This document shows, one piece after another, positions 14,091 to 27,572 of a stretch of DNA of 64,000 bases. This DNA comes from Microthyrium microscopicum. Its lineage: Eukaryota. Position 1 is the first letter of the stretch. Every line of letters starts with the position of its first letter. The translations under genes were made by a program, and so were the position numbers. The stretch covers positions 2,143,697 through 2,207,696 of the forward strand of contig MU004234.1 in assembly GCA_010405405.1 (NCBI GenBank), in the 5' to 3' direction. The notes under the pieces were generated by a model. It was given only the letters and a program-made list of their open reading frames with translations. It was not told the DNA's origin and did not search any database.

Positions 14091-17000
14091 AGCTTTAGAG
14101 AAGCTAATATTTATCTAAATTAGGATTTTTATTAGTTTAATATTAAGTTAGTATTCTTTTTAATAGTAGAAGGAAGTAGATAAATTTTTACTTATTAGTT
14201 ATTTTATTATTAATATATATTTCTTTTACGTAAAGTACTATCTTAATTAATAATATAGTAGATAAGAATCTAGTACTTTATTAGTATATATATAATAAAG
14301 TTTTTAGTAAAGATATACTATTACGTTAAATATAATTATCTTTTTAAAAAGAAGTACTACTAGCTATACTTTAATTAATATCTATAATATATACCTAAGT
14401 TTATAATTAGCTTTAACCTATTAATATAATACTATCTCTATAAATAGAAAACTTTTTAAAAAGATAAAAGAACTAAATATATAATAAGTATTTAAAGTAG
14501 GTAAAGTAGTATACTTACTTTACTATTCTAAGCGTAGTAATAATAAGTAAAAGTAAATATATTAAAAAATAACTACTAAAATAAATAAAGATACTAAAAG
14601 TAATTTTTACTATCTTAAAGTAAATTAATAAATAATAAAGTAAATTTAGGACTTATTTAAAGTATATATTATAGGCTTAAATTTAGTAAAAGATAGCTTA
14701 TAATATACTTTTTATATTTTTATTTTTATTAGTTATAATATATAAAATATAAGCCTACTATTCTATACTTCTAGATATCCTAAATAAACTCTTAGTTTAT
14801 TCTTAAAGTTATTAATTATTACTAAGTAATAAGGTAAATAGATATATAAGCCTTATAAGTTAAAAGTTTAATTACTTAGATTTTATAATATCTCTTTATA
14901 AATAAGCATAATAACTAGTTAATAATTACTATAGCTAGTAATATATTTTTAGATATTAGCTAATTCTAAGCTACTCTTTTACTACTTAATTATCTAGTAT
15001 TTAAATATATACTATAATTACTATTTCTACTTACTAAGAATTAGTACTTTTTAACTTAAAGAGAACGCTACTTAAATAAAGATATTTAGAAGTAGTTAAC
15101 TAGCTTACCTTTATATATTAATAAACTAATAATAATATTTATTAATATTTATTTATGTTATCTAGTATATATTAATAGAAAGTATATTTCTATCTTTCTT
15201 ATAATATATTACTAATTATATACTAAGTAATAAAGTTTCTTTATTTTTTTAAAGGCTTCTATATCTACGTTCTTTTAATAATAATATTTACTACTTTAAA
15301 TTAATAATATATACTAAGATTTCTATTTAAGAAAAAATTAGGTATATTTAAAGTATAACTACTAGCTAATAAATAATATAATTAAATTACTTTAATAAGG
15401 CTACTTAGAGTCCTTACTTAATAAACTTAACTTTTTTAAAAAAGATATATACTTTATACTAAAGTAAAGAGTATAACCTTTATTATACATTAGGGCTAAT
15501 GTATTAAATATACCTATTAATATTAAATTAAGGTAGAATTACTTTTTATAGATAAGAATACTTTTAGTAAAATTAAAAGCTTATAGTTTATATAGGTTAA
15601 TAATTTTATAACTTACTTATACTATTTATATTATTCTTAATATAGTACTTATACTTCTTAAGGATATAGAGTAGTATATAGAATTATTTCTATATATAAT
15701 AATAATAAGGCTATAATAATATTAGAAAGTTTTTAGAGAGCTTAGTTTAAATAAAAATTATAGTAGAAAATTATAGTAGTTAGCTTTAGTTTTTAGGTAA
15801 CTTTCCTTCTAATTATTAACTTACTAATATTTAGTTTAGATAGTATTTAAATAATATACTAGTTTTTAACTAACTTTTTTTTTATTATAAAATATAAGCT
15901 CCTTTAATATATAGAATAATTTAATTGCTATATCCTAAACTAGAGTATAACTACTATGTAAGTATAATAGGTTATATAGAACTATAACCTTAGAAGAGTA
16001 TTATTAATAAAATAGGTAAAGAAAGAATAAGATTAGACTTAAAAGGTATATTAGAATTACTCTATTATAACTAGTAAGCTTATTTATAAGATAAAATCTT
16101 TAAATAAGGAGGTAATTAGTTATTATTAATAAGCCTACTATAGATAATAGTCTATAGTAGGCTATAACTAATAAAGGGTAGTAATATTATTTATATCTTA
16201 TATATAGTATTTCTAAGTAGTAAGTAGTTATAGTATTTAGTATAACTAAAATACTAATTAATTAATAGTTAAAAACTATCTATATTATTATAGATTAACC
16301 TAACGTAATATAATATATTAATATAGAATATATTAATATTAAAGACGTTAAGACTTTTTTTTAAAAGAAAAAAATTAATATAAAAAATACCTTACTATTT
16401 TAATCTTCTTTAAAAAGCGTATTAAAGAAGAGTAACTAATAAAGTATAATAAGATATTTCTAATAATAAATACTAAAGTATAAATAGTTATAAAGATTAT
16501 TATAATATTATTACCTTAAAAAGGTCTTAATATTAATTAAAATCTACTAAGATACTTCTATAGTAATTTTACTAAGTATTAGTATAAATATACTACTTAA
16601 TAAGCTTTATTATAGAAAGCTTTACTTATTTAAGTAATACGTAGTATTAAATAATACTACTTAGTAATAAAAAGGCTTTATAGCTATCTTAGCTAGTTAA
16701 TACCTATATATCTAGAAAACTAGACTAGGTTATAGAGATAAGTTAGACTAATAATCTTTACTAGTTTTAGTTACCTTAAAGCTAAGTAATTATTAAATAG
16801 TATTTTAAAAAGTAACTATAAGTTATTCTTTTTATTTTACTAAAATAAATATATATAATAAGTAAAATAATATCTTAATCCTTTATGTAATAAGTAAAAT
16901 AATATCTTAATCCTTTATATAAGGCATCTTTCTATAAAGGATAGATACCTTAATATATTTTAATAAGTTATTTATAGAGCGCGCGTTATAAGTAAAATAT

Positions 17001-18762
17001 TAAGTATTTTATTATAAGGTATCTTACTATACATATTCTCTTAAGTAATCCTTAGAGAAGAATAGCATAGTAGGCTTTATAATTAATTTTATACATATAG
17101 AAGTATATTATACTAAAGAGTATAGAATTAGGAGTAGAGAAAGCCTTTTAGCTAAAAAGGCTTACTCTATAGTAGTAGAACGTTATTCCTAAAGTAATAC
17201 TTACTACTAGATTATTATAGTAAGACTATATAGATATAAAACTACTATATAGTATAAGCTTAAATAATTACTATAAATTTTATATAATTTTAAGTTATAT
17301 AAAATTTTTTAAATAATTATAAATAATATTTTTTTCCTTCTTTTATAAAAGAGCTAAAAAAATATTATTCTCTTACTTACCTAGTTCTTAATATAGCTAT
17401 AAAGGAACTTAATAAGACTTATATATATATATTACTTATTATATAAACTAGCTTAGCGTTACTTAGACATAATAGCTAGATTAGAGTTATAGTCTCTTTT
17501 TTACTTAATACTAAAAAATATTACTTTACTAAACTTTCTCTACTATAATTCTATTACCTAATTATATTAGTTATACTTAATTTAATAAGAAAAAATAAAC
17601 TTATATATAATTTAGCCTTATAAGATTATTATATAATAGCGCTAACTATCTTAGTGCTAATTTTATATTATTTTCTTACTTTTTTTATATTCTTATAAGC
17701 ATAGTATTCTATAATAATAGGCTAACTCCTTAAATATTTAAGTATAAATATATTTTATAAAATAATTAGTATTTATAAGAAATACTTACGCCTCTAGCGT
17801 TAGTAGTTCTACTAATTAATAAACTAAATAATATATAGAATAGTTTAGTACATAAGCTAAGAAATATAGGCTTATTAAAACGTAACTTTACTTTATATAA
17901 TATAAATAAAGAAGTTTAAAATACTCTATATTAATATTTTAAAGCTTGCGTAATTATATTAAAAGCTAGAAATTATTTTTAAGGATATAAATTAATAGTA
18001 GAAGAGTATTAAAAAATATTATAGCTAAAAGGATAGAAGTTTTTAGTAACTTAGACTTACTAAAAGTTAGTAAAGTAGTTATAAATAAAAAGGATAATAC
18101 GCTAGAATAATATTATTTAATAAGGAATTACGCCCTTCTTACTATTAAGATATAACGCTTAACCTAAAGGAATAATATATAAAAAAATAATTTAAGAACC
18201 TATAAAAAGAATAATACTCTAAAAAGAATATTATAGCTAAGGCTTACTTATAAGCTAATTTAGTAAGGAACTACTACTACTAAGCTTTACTAAACTTTAC
18301 TATAATTATAAATTTATAACTTTACTTTTATCCTTTTAAGAGAGAAGCTTTATAGCGCTTACCCTAATTAAAACCTTTATATAATATTATCTTATTTATT
18401 AAAGCTATTTTAGGAAAGATATTATAAATATAGTCTTCTTAAAGAATATTCCCTTACTAAATTTAGTAAGCTTCTTTACGAATTAATATCTTTATCTATA
18501 ATATATCTTTATAACTATACTAAAATCTATATATAGCCTATTAGACTCTTCTATATAAGCTATAGTATTATATAAAGGCACTACTTTACTAAATATTAGT
18601 AATTCTATTATAAATAAAGATAATTTTTACTACTAAAATATAAAAAATAATTATTACTAAAAATATTGTTTAGAGATAGCCCTAACTAAGGGCAGGGTAG
18701 AATAGGTCTTAGAATTATTATAAATAGGGGGATGCATCGCTAATATAGTAATATAGTAACAT

Positions 18763-18805
18763 GTTTAGAAGTTTAGAAGTTTAGAAGTTTAGAAGTTTAG
18801 AAGTT
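18763..18805. repeat. (GTTTAGAA)5 microsatellite at the AT/GC boundary
   Basis: Five perfect 8-mers plus a partial unit. Confidence 0.95.
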
Positions 18806-19512
18806 CTTAAAGTGGCTAGGGTTGGCGGTAATGCGCCGTCATACACAGCTGCCCGAACTTGTACCTGGCTAACCCACGCTCAAAAAGTCAATCTATTCTT
18901 TTGACGGTTAGGCTGACCTTTAAGCCTCGCACGTTGCCGTGCCCACAACCCAATCACAGAGCAACCATCTGGAGTTTATCTGGTGGCTGTCCTCTGCGGC
19001 GCGACCCTGAACTCAACTGGCGTCTCAAGAAATTGCGACTCCAACAACTCCTTTTTCTCTTTAAAGGTCAACACTTTGCTCGCCTGGGCCTTTTTCTTGG
19101 CTTTGATAAGAAGTTCAGATGGTGCTTCGTATTCTCAATAAATGCCAATCCCCCCTCTCTTTAGCGAACTGAAGATAAGACTGTACCGTTCTTCAACGCA
19201 AACGCCGATTCGGTGGTGACTTTGAGAAGTTCAAGTCTTGTGCAGGTTGCTTGGAAGCGCTTGTGGATGGTTACACGCCAACTCATCCTATTGATCCTAT
19301 CGCGGATGCATCGTTCCACCCGCTACGCACCTCTTTATCCGGTCTCCGGGTTCCGGGCTTCGTCTTCAGTGACTCTTCATAACGTCAACTGTCACTTCAA
19401 TTTATTCGATGCGTTTTATTTGTGAATCAGCGGGTGCAACAAGCAGGAATGGCACGATCAGAGAAGAACTATTGGCTTGTCCTCATTATCGCGCAGCTCT
19501 CGATTCGTGATA

Positions 19513-22155
19513 GTGATGCGCGATCGGTAGAGGGTGTTTAACCAACTCTACCGCCAAGCCCTTAACATCCAATCAGCGTTCAGTAACATCAACAGCCAAA
19601 AACACGATTATTTTGAAGCCAAATTAAATTACTTTCTACATAACTTTTAGTATTGCAAAATAGCTACAATTCTTCGTTTAAACCTTAAGTTTCTCTCTAT
19701 AACTCGCAAATATAATTCGCAGCCCCTACCATAGCCTATTAAGTACTCTCTTTAACAGTACGTCCTATTATCTTAATATCTTCTTCCTCTTCTACCACAA
19801 CGAGATTTAACGACTAACGCTTAAAGAAGCAATCATCAAGATCTTTAACTTCAGGTAGATCTAGATTATACCAACAGCGTAGTATAAATAGTAAACTACC
19901 AACGTAATACAGCCCTAGTTATACTACTAACTAATTAAGCTTTTTATCGTTTATAAAGCTAAAAACTAGCATATTTACTCACTCGCTAGTTAATCTCGTT
20001 CGTCAAGGGTTCTAGATCCAATTAACTACTAAAAACGCTCTTTCTAACGGTACAGAATTAGCTATTATTTCAAATAGCCTAATCGCGACGTCAGAGAGCT
20101 TTAGAACTACTATTTAAAGACATTCCTAAAAATATAATAGTTTCTAGTAATCCTAAGCTTCAGCACTATCTAAAGATATCAAAAATACTCCCATTCAACG
20201 TCTAAAAGCATAGAATTCATTACTAACAAGCAAGATCTCTTCCTTAGCTTTATCTCTCTCTTCTTTAGAGGCACTAGGACGTGCTTTAAATCAATTCCTT
20301 AGAGCTTAAGATGCCGCAGCATATTGCCATAGAACTAATATTTTAATAACTATTAAAGGATCTAGAGCGTATACTAGATTAATATCATCTATAATTTAAA
20401 GGTTTTATCGTTCTTCTAATAAGTAGAGAAGTTTAGCTTAAATACTAGCAATATTATCTATCTTAGGGTATTCTTTATAAAGATCTTACTAGGCAGTTCT
20501 AATAGAAGACTAGCCCTTTATTACTTTACCTAAGTAATGCTATAGCCCTTCCAATCAAACCTAAGCGTTATGCACAGGCTTTAGGATATAAGATAGGAAT
20601 CTATAGTTCCTCCAAAAGAGTAGATTCTTCATAGTATTAAATACAATCTTATTCTTATTTTTAATAGCTCTAGTGTCTCTAGGAACTTTAATAGTTCTTA
20701 CAAAAGAATCTATAGCTACTTTACTACGTTCTAGTGATTAAACTAGACTAAATTAGGTTCCCTAGCAAGTAATTACTAATAATCCTATTCCGTACGTCTT
20801 ACCAAGTCAACGTCGTTAAATATCTCAAAGCATACCAAAGTACAAGGGCCTAGATCTAAACTAGGTCGCTATCTCTTAGATTTAATCCTAAGTACTCTTT
20901 AGGAAAAGAATATCACCTAAAATATCCTTAATTAGAAGCTAAAGACCATAAGAATTGCATAGTATTATTAAGCACTTCTTAAAGGCCTATTCTAAGTGTT
21001 TTTTAAGTATATTTTAGACCACACGCATAGTAGGACACGTATTTAAAGCAATTAAATTAACGCGTAAGAGATCTCCCTCCATCTAACGGTAAAGAGTATC
21101 TAGTAAGAGGTAGGCTATAGCTAAAGCTATTAAGTATACTCTACCTAAATTAATAATTTCAAGATAGAAGGAACCCAAAGTAGGTATAATAACATAGAAA
21201 TTAGCTATCTAACGACTAGCTCTATTAGTGCTTTCGTCTAATGAGAAGTTAAGAAAAGGCTAATTTCGTAGTACCTCTTAAAGTAGTAGAAGATCTTCGT
21301 TATAGATATCTTTAACTAGATCTAGCATTTAGCCTCTCTATAAAGGCAAGTAATTTAACATTCTAGTTAATCTTACAGATTTAACTTTATGTTCGTAAGT
21401 TATTTAATAACAAGATCTATCAAATATACTCATAGAAAGCCCTTCTCTTACTATTCGTCATACATAGCGGCAATCCCATTTAATTCGTATTTATATACGT
21501 AAATTAGCTATATTTAACTAAGAGGGAGCAGTAGGAACCATAAGACGTTAAATATGCCCTTCCTAGATCAAATGTCGCTCCATACGCTCCATATTATAAA
21601 AATACGTTTAAGGATAGTATTTATAAGTAAATTCTAGCAATTTCGTTAGATCTTAATAAGGAAGCATATTCTAGTAAAGGAGAATCTCTTACTTTCGCCA
21701 TTCTGTTCAATTTAGCCTTCTTAGAGCCATTTTTAGTAAAGAAATAGTGTAGTGACTATTAAAAAAAGATTAAATATTACAATATTTCCAAAGGTAAATT
21801 AGACTTACTAAAAACCTCTCATTAAATCTAAAACGTATATTATTATAAAGAGCTAAATAAGAAGAACACGTATATCTAAAAATTATTATAATTCAAGCTA
21901 TAGTTATAGAGTGCTTAGCGATTAAAAACTATTAGATTCTTTAGTAGTTTAGGTTAAAGTTAGATCCCAAACTTTAAGATTAATTTTAGTACGCTAACCC
22001 CAAACTAGTAATAATTATAGGTTTTAATGCCATAAGCAGTTATTTACACCAATTAGATGCAGTTAAACTAGTGGTAGAAGTTAAACGTGTTAATTACAGT
22101 GGTTCAACGGCGTTCGTAGTATAACCGATCAAGTGAGAAATACTGCATCACGAAT
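19513..22155 (-). mobile_element. RIP-damaged hAT-superfamily DNA transposon (ends tentative)
   Basis: Contains the transposase relic below. TTCGTGATA occurs as a direct repeat at 19504-19512 and 22156-22164 (possible TSD). Only short, imperfect inverted matches (GTGATGC, GATCGGT) are seen near the ends. Confidence 0.7.
19739..21730 (-). pseudogene. hAT transposase relic (about 664 codons, start and stop in frame, many RIP stops)
   Basis: Manual translation gives FTYKYYP...ERHL (possible BED finger if de-RIPed to CKHC), FSLDESTN, LNTCPTMR, LCNSYGL*LLIKDI (CxxH motif, de-RIP CDSHGLQLLIKDI) and ANSVPLERAFLVV...RTRL (hAT dimerisation SERxFS...RxRL). Confidence 0.88.
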
Positions 22156-23081
22156 TTCGTGATACCTCCAGCCTGCCGAGTGGGGAAGGCGGCGGAGTTG
22201 AGCAGGATTTATGTATTGAAGAAGGACGACATTTCGGTCGTGGTCCAGTCCACATCCTCAAGCATTTGCCTGATCGGCAACTGCGGAGTAATCTCCAGTA
22301 GATCCTACATTTCGCCTTGATCTACGACTACGATGCTTGAGTGCTCTGAGCATTTTGCGTTGAGATCCCAGAAAGATGAAGACTTTCAAGTCGCGTGCAT
22401 CGTGACATTTAAGCAATGCCAGCGGAGTGACTTCCGAAAAAGCAATACGCGCTTTTCGAGCACCGTGAATCATTACATTCAATTTGTCGTGTTTACTGAG
22501 TTATCCTTTTCTAGTGGCACATGAAACTCGAGAACGCATCGTGTAGTCAAAGTCTAGACTCGCCGCCCATATATTCAGCCAGCATGAACAAACTTTTTAT
22601 GCAAAAGATGTCCAATGTTCACGGGTCCCAAAATAACTCTAAAAAAGTGGCTTTCGCTAAATCTCAGAGCCGCGAAGCTAAGAAAGATAGATCCAAGGCC
22701 CAGTGCGGTCCATTGCTAGTTCGTTTAAAGCACACAAGCTGAACTTCCCCTTTTAACTTTCGTACGCGTTACAACATTCAATCAGTCACCTTTTTGATTT
22801 GATATTGAAAAACTCGCCGACGTGCATCGTGAACGACGTGTTTGCCAAGTTACGAAAACTCCCAAGGCGTTGACAAGCTGCAACACAGATGCGGTCGATA
22901 TTGGTCTGGAAACTTACTTGGACTGTCATATACCTTGACTCGAATTATCAAAGCCTATCGTGAAGTCGAAATGGACATTGTAACAGGTGGGTACGACATC
23001 TTCGTTCAGGAGATGCTGTCAATGATGTCCGATTCAACTTCTCGAAACCTTTGGAGGTTTGTCACGCACAACTTCAAAGTA

Positions 23082-24872
23082 ACGCCAAGCATAGGAAGTT
23101 TTGCCAACAGGGATATTTGCTACCCCTCATCCATAGATCTAGATATTTCAACTCTCAATAAAACAATTAAATAATGCTTAAATTTGTTATTTTAAAATGA
23201 AAAATACTCCTAAAGAAATTAACAATGCTATAGAACGTTAGAAATCTAGAGAATTTAAAACGTTGCGCAAGGCTAAGCGTAAAACTAGTATTTCTAGGCC
23301 TATAATTATAATAAGATTAAATAGATCTTCTATATACTACGAAGCCTATGAATCTTAATAGAAAATGCCTCCTCTTATAGAGAATTACTTAGTAAACTAG
23401 ATTCTAGCTAAAAATTAAGTAAAATAAGCTTTTACTTATACTCGTATCTATTCTATAGCTTCTAAGATATTAGAATTTACTAGTTTACTATTTACTCTAA
23501 GCTAAAATTAGTATATAAATTTCGTATATTATTATCTATAAATTAAAACGATTACTACTTAAAAAGTTAAAATAGACTAAGTAGAAGTATATATATTAAG
23601 TAATATAAATGCGTTTTTTAATCGTCTAGAAGCAATTTAAACTAAATATTATATTTTACTACTAAATAAATAGAATATAGATAAATCTAGCCTCTAAATT
23701 AGCGATTCTAGCTAAGAAGTAGTTATTATAAGCTCTTTAAATAAGGCTAGTAAAGCAATTATAAAGTAATCTTTAAGAGTAAAGTAGAATATTATAATTA
23801 AAGCTATTTTAGCTACTAGGGCTAAAATTGACTTACTAATTATCTTTATTGCTAAATCTATATAGTCTATATAGCTACTGTCTTATCTTAATCTAGAAGA
23901 ATGCAAAGATTAGAGATTTACGTATTTTAGTAATAGTTAAACCTCTAACGATATAGGCGTTTACTAGCTTTAGGAATACTTTATTCTATAAATATAACCT
24001 TCTCGTTAAAAGACATAGTAATTATTAATACTAAATAATTATAGTTCTTACTATTTTTACTAGTTTATACAAATTTGCTTAAAAAATTAAATTATTTTAC
24101 TATATATTCTACTATATACTTTATATATTTTATAGTCTCTAGATCTTAGAGTCTTTAAACCTATTAAAATATTATATAGACGTAAATTGTCTAAGTTTAA
24201 TAGTATATTTAATAAATCTACTATTTCTTAAAAGGATTTTATTACTTTATATTATAAATTGCGTCCTAAAGTAATAGATAAAGATAATATTCTTACTAGC
24301 TTTAAAAAATCTAGAATCTAGCTACTTAATTACAAAATACTACTATCTTCTTATTTTACTTTATAAAATAATCTAAAGGAGTTAAATACTACTTAAAATA
24401 TACCTATTTAGCCTTTTTAAAATTAAAATTTAAGCCTAGAAGAGCTATTAATAGTTAAATAAAGAATATGTGTTAAAAACTTAGCCTTAAAGTGTAGAAT
24501 TGCAAAACTTAAAGCATAACTAGTATTTACTATAATAGAGTTATCTACTATAAATAAAAGAATTAAGGTTCTTAAAGCCCTAAAGAAGCGTAAAAGAGTT
24601 AAAAAATAAGATACTACTACTAAATTATATATAGTAATTAATTTTTTAGGAACTTAAGAGCTAGCTGCTTTAAAAGTAAAGAAAGAGGCAGAACGGGCTA
24701 AAAGACGCAAAAAAAGAGCTATAGCAACAAGCCATAAAGCAAGTAATTAAGCATATATTAAATTTATTTAATTTGCATTTAATTTAATTAAGTTATGTTA
24801 ATTTAAACATCTAGATCTAACTCTGTTGGGGTGGTAAAACTCTACGTTGGCAAAACTCCCTATGCTTGGCGT
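23082..24872 (+). mobile_element. Fot1/pogo-type Tc1-mariner transposon, 1791 bp, RIP-inactivated
   Basis: 27-bp TIRs ACGCCAAGCATAGG(A/G)AGTTTTGCCAAC at 23082 and (inverted) ending at 24872 with one mismatch. TA duplication at 23080-81 and 24873-74. Confidence 0.95.
23197..24750 (+). pseudogene. Fot1/pogo DDD transposase relic (518 codons)
   Basis: ATG at 23197 is in frame with TAA at 24750. RIP-altered motifs NK*NIDKSSL (WNMDE), LILNNYSSY (LILDxHSSH) and LLYTLYIL*SLDLRVFKPIK (LPPHTSHxLQPLD). Confidence 0.92.
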
Positions 24873-25044
24873 TACTTCTTTACACTTGTGGCTTGATTAC
24901 TTGACTGATTGTGTTCCTACTGTCAATTTCTGCAAGATCTTCTAATATCTTACTCGACTCTCGCATTGAGGCATTGTAAACATGAAGGAGTTAAGCAGGA
25001 CGGTGGGGTATTCCATTGTCTAGACCGGTAGTACCACGTCTGGT

Positions 25045-27572
25045 CTAAATCAGTCGAATATCTTGACCTTTCCCGGCTTCCATACGTGCAATGCAGTTTT
25101 CAGTTAGTTGCCTTTCAGATAGATGTATCCAACCCACCCTCTTCCAACCAAGACCATCACGAGTTTCAGCCTTTTGCACAATCAAAGCCCACGCTTCCGT
25201 GTTCTTGATATCTTCATGAGGCTCCTCCGTTGACTTCTCCAGTACGCGCTTATAAGCCAGAAGCAAAGCATGCAAACCCATGTCATCAATAGCATCACGA
25301 TCAACGTCCTTGAGCACATCGAACATAACAGTATGGCCAAAAGTATCGCCGCCCTCAACCACAAGTCTCGGATACCGTAGATGAGGAAGCTCATCCTCAC
25401 CTTCCTCTTTCTCCGTGCTCTTGCTCATTGGTACCAAAATACCCTTAAGCTGAATATACCCACCACTAACCTCACCATACGGATTCTGTCCGTCGATTGA
25501 AACACTAACATCCTCAATACTAACAAGGTCCGTCCACGTCCCCAATGAACTAACAGCCATATCACCCTCGAGACTCGCCCAACTCCACGACGGCGCGCGA
25601 TACTCGTCGAGATACGTCCCGCGTCCCCCGACACACTGCCACGCCAACCCCTCCACCAAATTCTTCCTCCACAAACCAGCAGCATACTCCCCACCCGGCT
25701 TCCAATTGCTCTTCTTCTCCTCGCTCATCTGATCCCTCCACAACTCATCAAACCTCCTCGCAAAGCCCGCCATCGCCGGCAATCTATCACTCTTCTTCGT
25801 AAGCACCTTATTTGTATAAGTGCGCACCAAATTCGACCACGCAACAGGTCCACGGTACAAGAAATCTTCGAAACCAGGATCAGGAGTCATAGTCTCAATA
25901 TCAAACCACTCAATCTTCTCATCATGCTCAAACCCATCCTCCGTCACAAATTCATGGCCTACACACTCAAACGCAATCTCGCGTGTGCCAAAGTGTATGT
26001 TGCGTGGACTCAGTCTGCGCTCCTGCAATACCCATGCCCTTTGACTCAACGGCTCCTCTTCAGCTTCTAGGCAGCGATGGCCATACGCGGCGTGGCTAAT
26101 TGGGATCTCGAATGCCATAACCTCTACGCCCTCAGGAGTATATGGCACGCTCACATACGTCCTCTCCTTCCTCTCGCCTAGGAAGCCGGCTGAATCATCG
26201 CTGGCGCGCTGTGCGGAGATGGTGATGTGGGCGTTACTGTACACGCTTGCCATTTTGGCGCTCTCACGCTCCCAGTCGGCTCGATCATCTTGGCAGATAC
26301 ACAGACTATCTATCCAGAGATATCGTATCCCCAGCGCGCGCGTGACGAAGATGGCATCTTGGAATGTCTGCGCTAGCTCCGCGACAGGGAATCCGCGCTT
26401 GCGGGACTCGAGCGTTGCTTTAGTGGTGAGGGGATGGCTGGATGTGCCCCAGCAGTGGCTGAGGGAGGCGTAGGCGCCGTAGATGTTGGTGGTGGGTTCT
26501 AGGAGGGAGATGATGTCTGGCTGGGAACTTGGTGTAGTCGATAGTGCGGGTGATGTGCCAATGTCGAGGATGCGGCTGGGCAGGGGAGTTTGCCCTGGCT
26601 GCGGGTGGTTGTGGTTGGCGACGCAGTGCGTTAGCCACGACTGGAAGCGTTGCAGTGTTGCTGGGGTCTTGGGGTTTGGGTCGACTGGTCTTCCGCGGAT
26701 TTGGGAGGCCAGCGGACTATCTATAGAGCTGTTAGCAAAATTTGCGGTTGCCGCATGGGGATGTAAAGAAGCAGTAGAGATGTATGGTAGTATCAGGTCC
26801 TCTTTTGATCGCAAGAGAAATCTGGCAGGAAATGACAAGAACTGACAAGAACATAAAACGGTCGCAAAACATGTTCGATCAAGCTCTATGCCGAAATAAA
26901 CTTGAACATATCAATCAGAACACAAACCAGCGAAAACAATCCCCAATTTTCACCAGACATTCAACTCTAATATCCACATGGAGTGGCTTTCGGAGAATTA
27001 GGCCATATACGCCCATAGATCTAGTATGCCGCAATTGATGGCGAAGAATCGCTCACTTGCAAACTGACTCGTCGACAACAGGGCAAAACGTTTCAAAACA
27101 ACACAGCACAAAACCTACCATCATCCACTGCAAAGCCCGCTCCAGCCACAACATATACTTCATGTGAACCCGAATCCCTCCTCTTTTCCGACCAATTCAG
27201 CACCAGAAACCCCTGCTGACCCTCTCGTCTTGCACACACCCAGAAGCGTCCATCCGGTCCGCCTGCCTCATCGTAGAAGCGCCCCACCTCGTCCGCCACA
27301 TGCCGCTCCCTTGCCTCCAAGACTCTGTTATAGCCCGCAAGTATCAACGAGCATAACCCGCATGTCTGGGCAGATTGGCGTAGGAGGTCGGGGGATTGGT
27401 GGTGTGGGAGACCGAGTGGGCGCTGGAGGTTTATGGGCTCGGGATGGGGATTCTGGAGGAAGGGAACGAGGTCTTTTTCAATGGCGGAGGGGATGTGGGC
27501 GTATGGAAGCCAGGAAGGGAAGGGTGGGAGGGAGGAGAAGGGGATGGAGGAGCAGGCTGAGCAGAGAGGCAT
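25045..27572 (-). CDS. HET-domain (heterokaryon incompatibility, PF06985-like) protein; exons 27572-27119 and 26720-25045
   Basis: N-terminal LCxxC and CGLC motifs, LPSRILD, YASLSHCWG, TFQDAIFVTRALGIRYLWIDSLCICQDD, WERESAKMASVY, RAWVLQER, APSWSWAS. A 398-nt GTAGGT...GCTAAC...TAG intron joins the two ORFs in frame. Confidence 0.92.

Larger units (their letters stand above)
1..18805. repeat. AT-rich block degraded by repeat-induced point mutation (RIP)
   Basis: Extreme AT richness, strong TpA excess, near absence of CpA/TpG, no ORFs in the supplied track, internal duplications, and a sharp switch to normal GC at about 18.8 kb. Confidence 0.93.

Noticed and set aside
18667..18761. TGTT...AACA segment as a solo LTR
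   Set aside because: Only about 95 bp, no target-site duplication and no second copy in the window.
18763..18825. (GTTTAGAA)5 and nearby TAGGGTT as a degenerate telomere
   Set aside because: The unit is 8 bp rather than TTAGGG, the array is internal, and there is only one TAGGGTT.
18806..19500. Short ORFs in the GC-normal island
   Set aside because: Non-ATG starts, no recognisable motifs and stops in the frames examined. At most an unidentifiable gene remnant.
22165..23174. ORFs between the two transposons, including 22842-23174 as a gene disrupted by pogo
   Set aside because: TTG start, no motif, and removing the element extends the frame by only about 8 codons.
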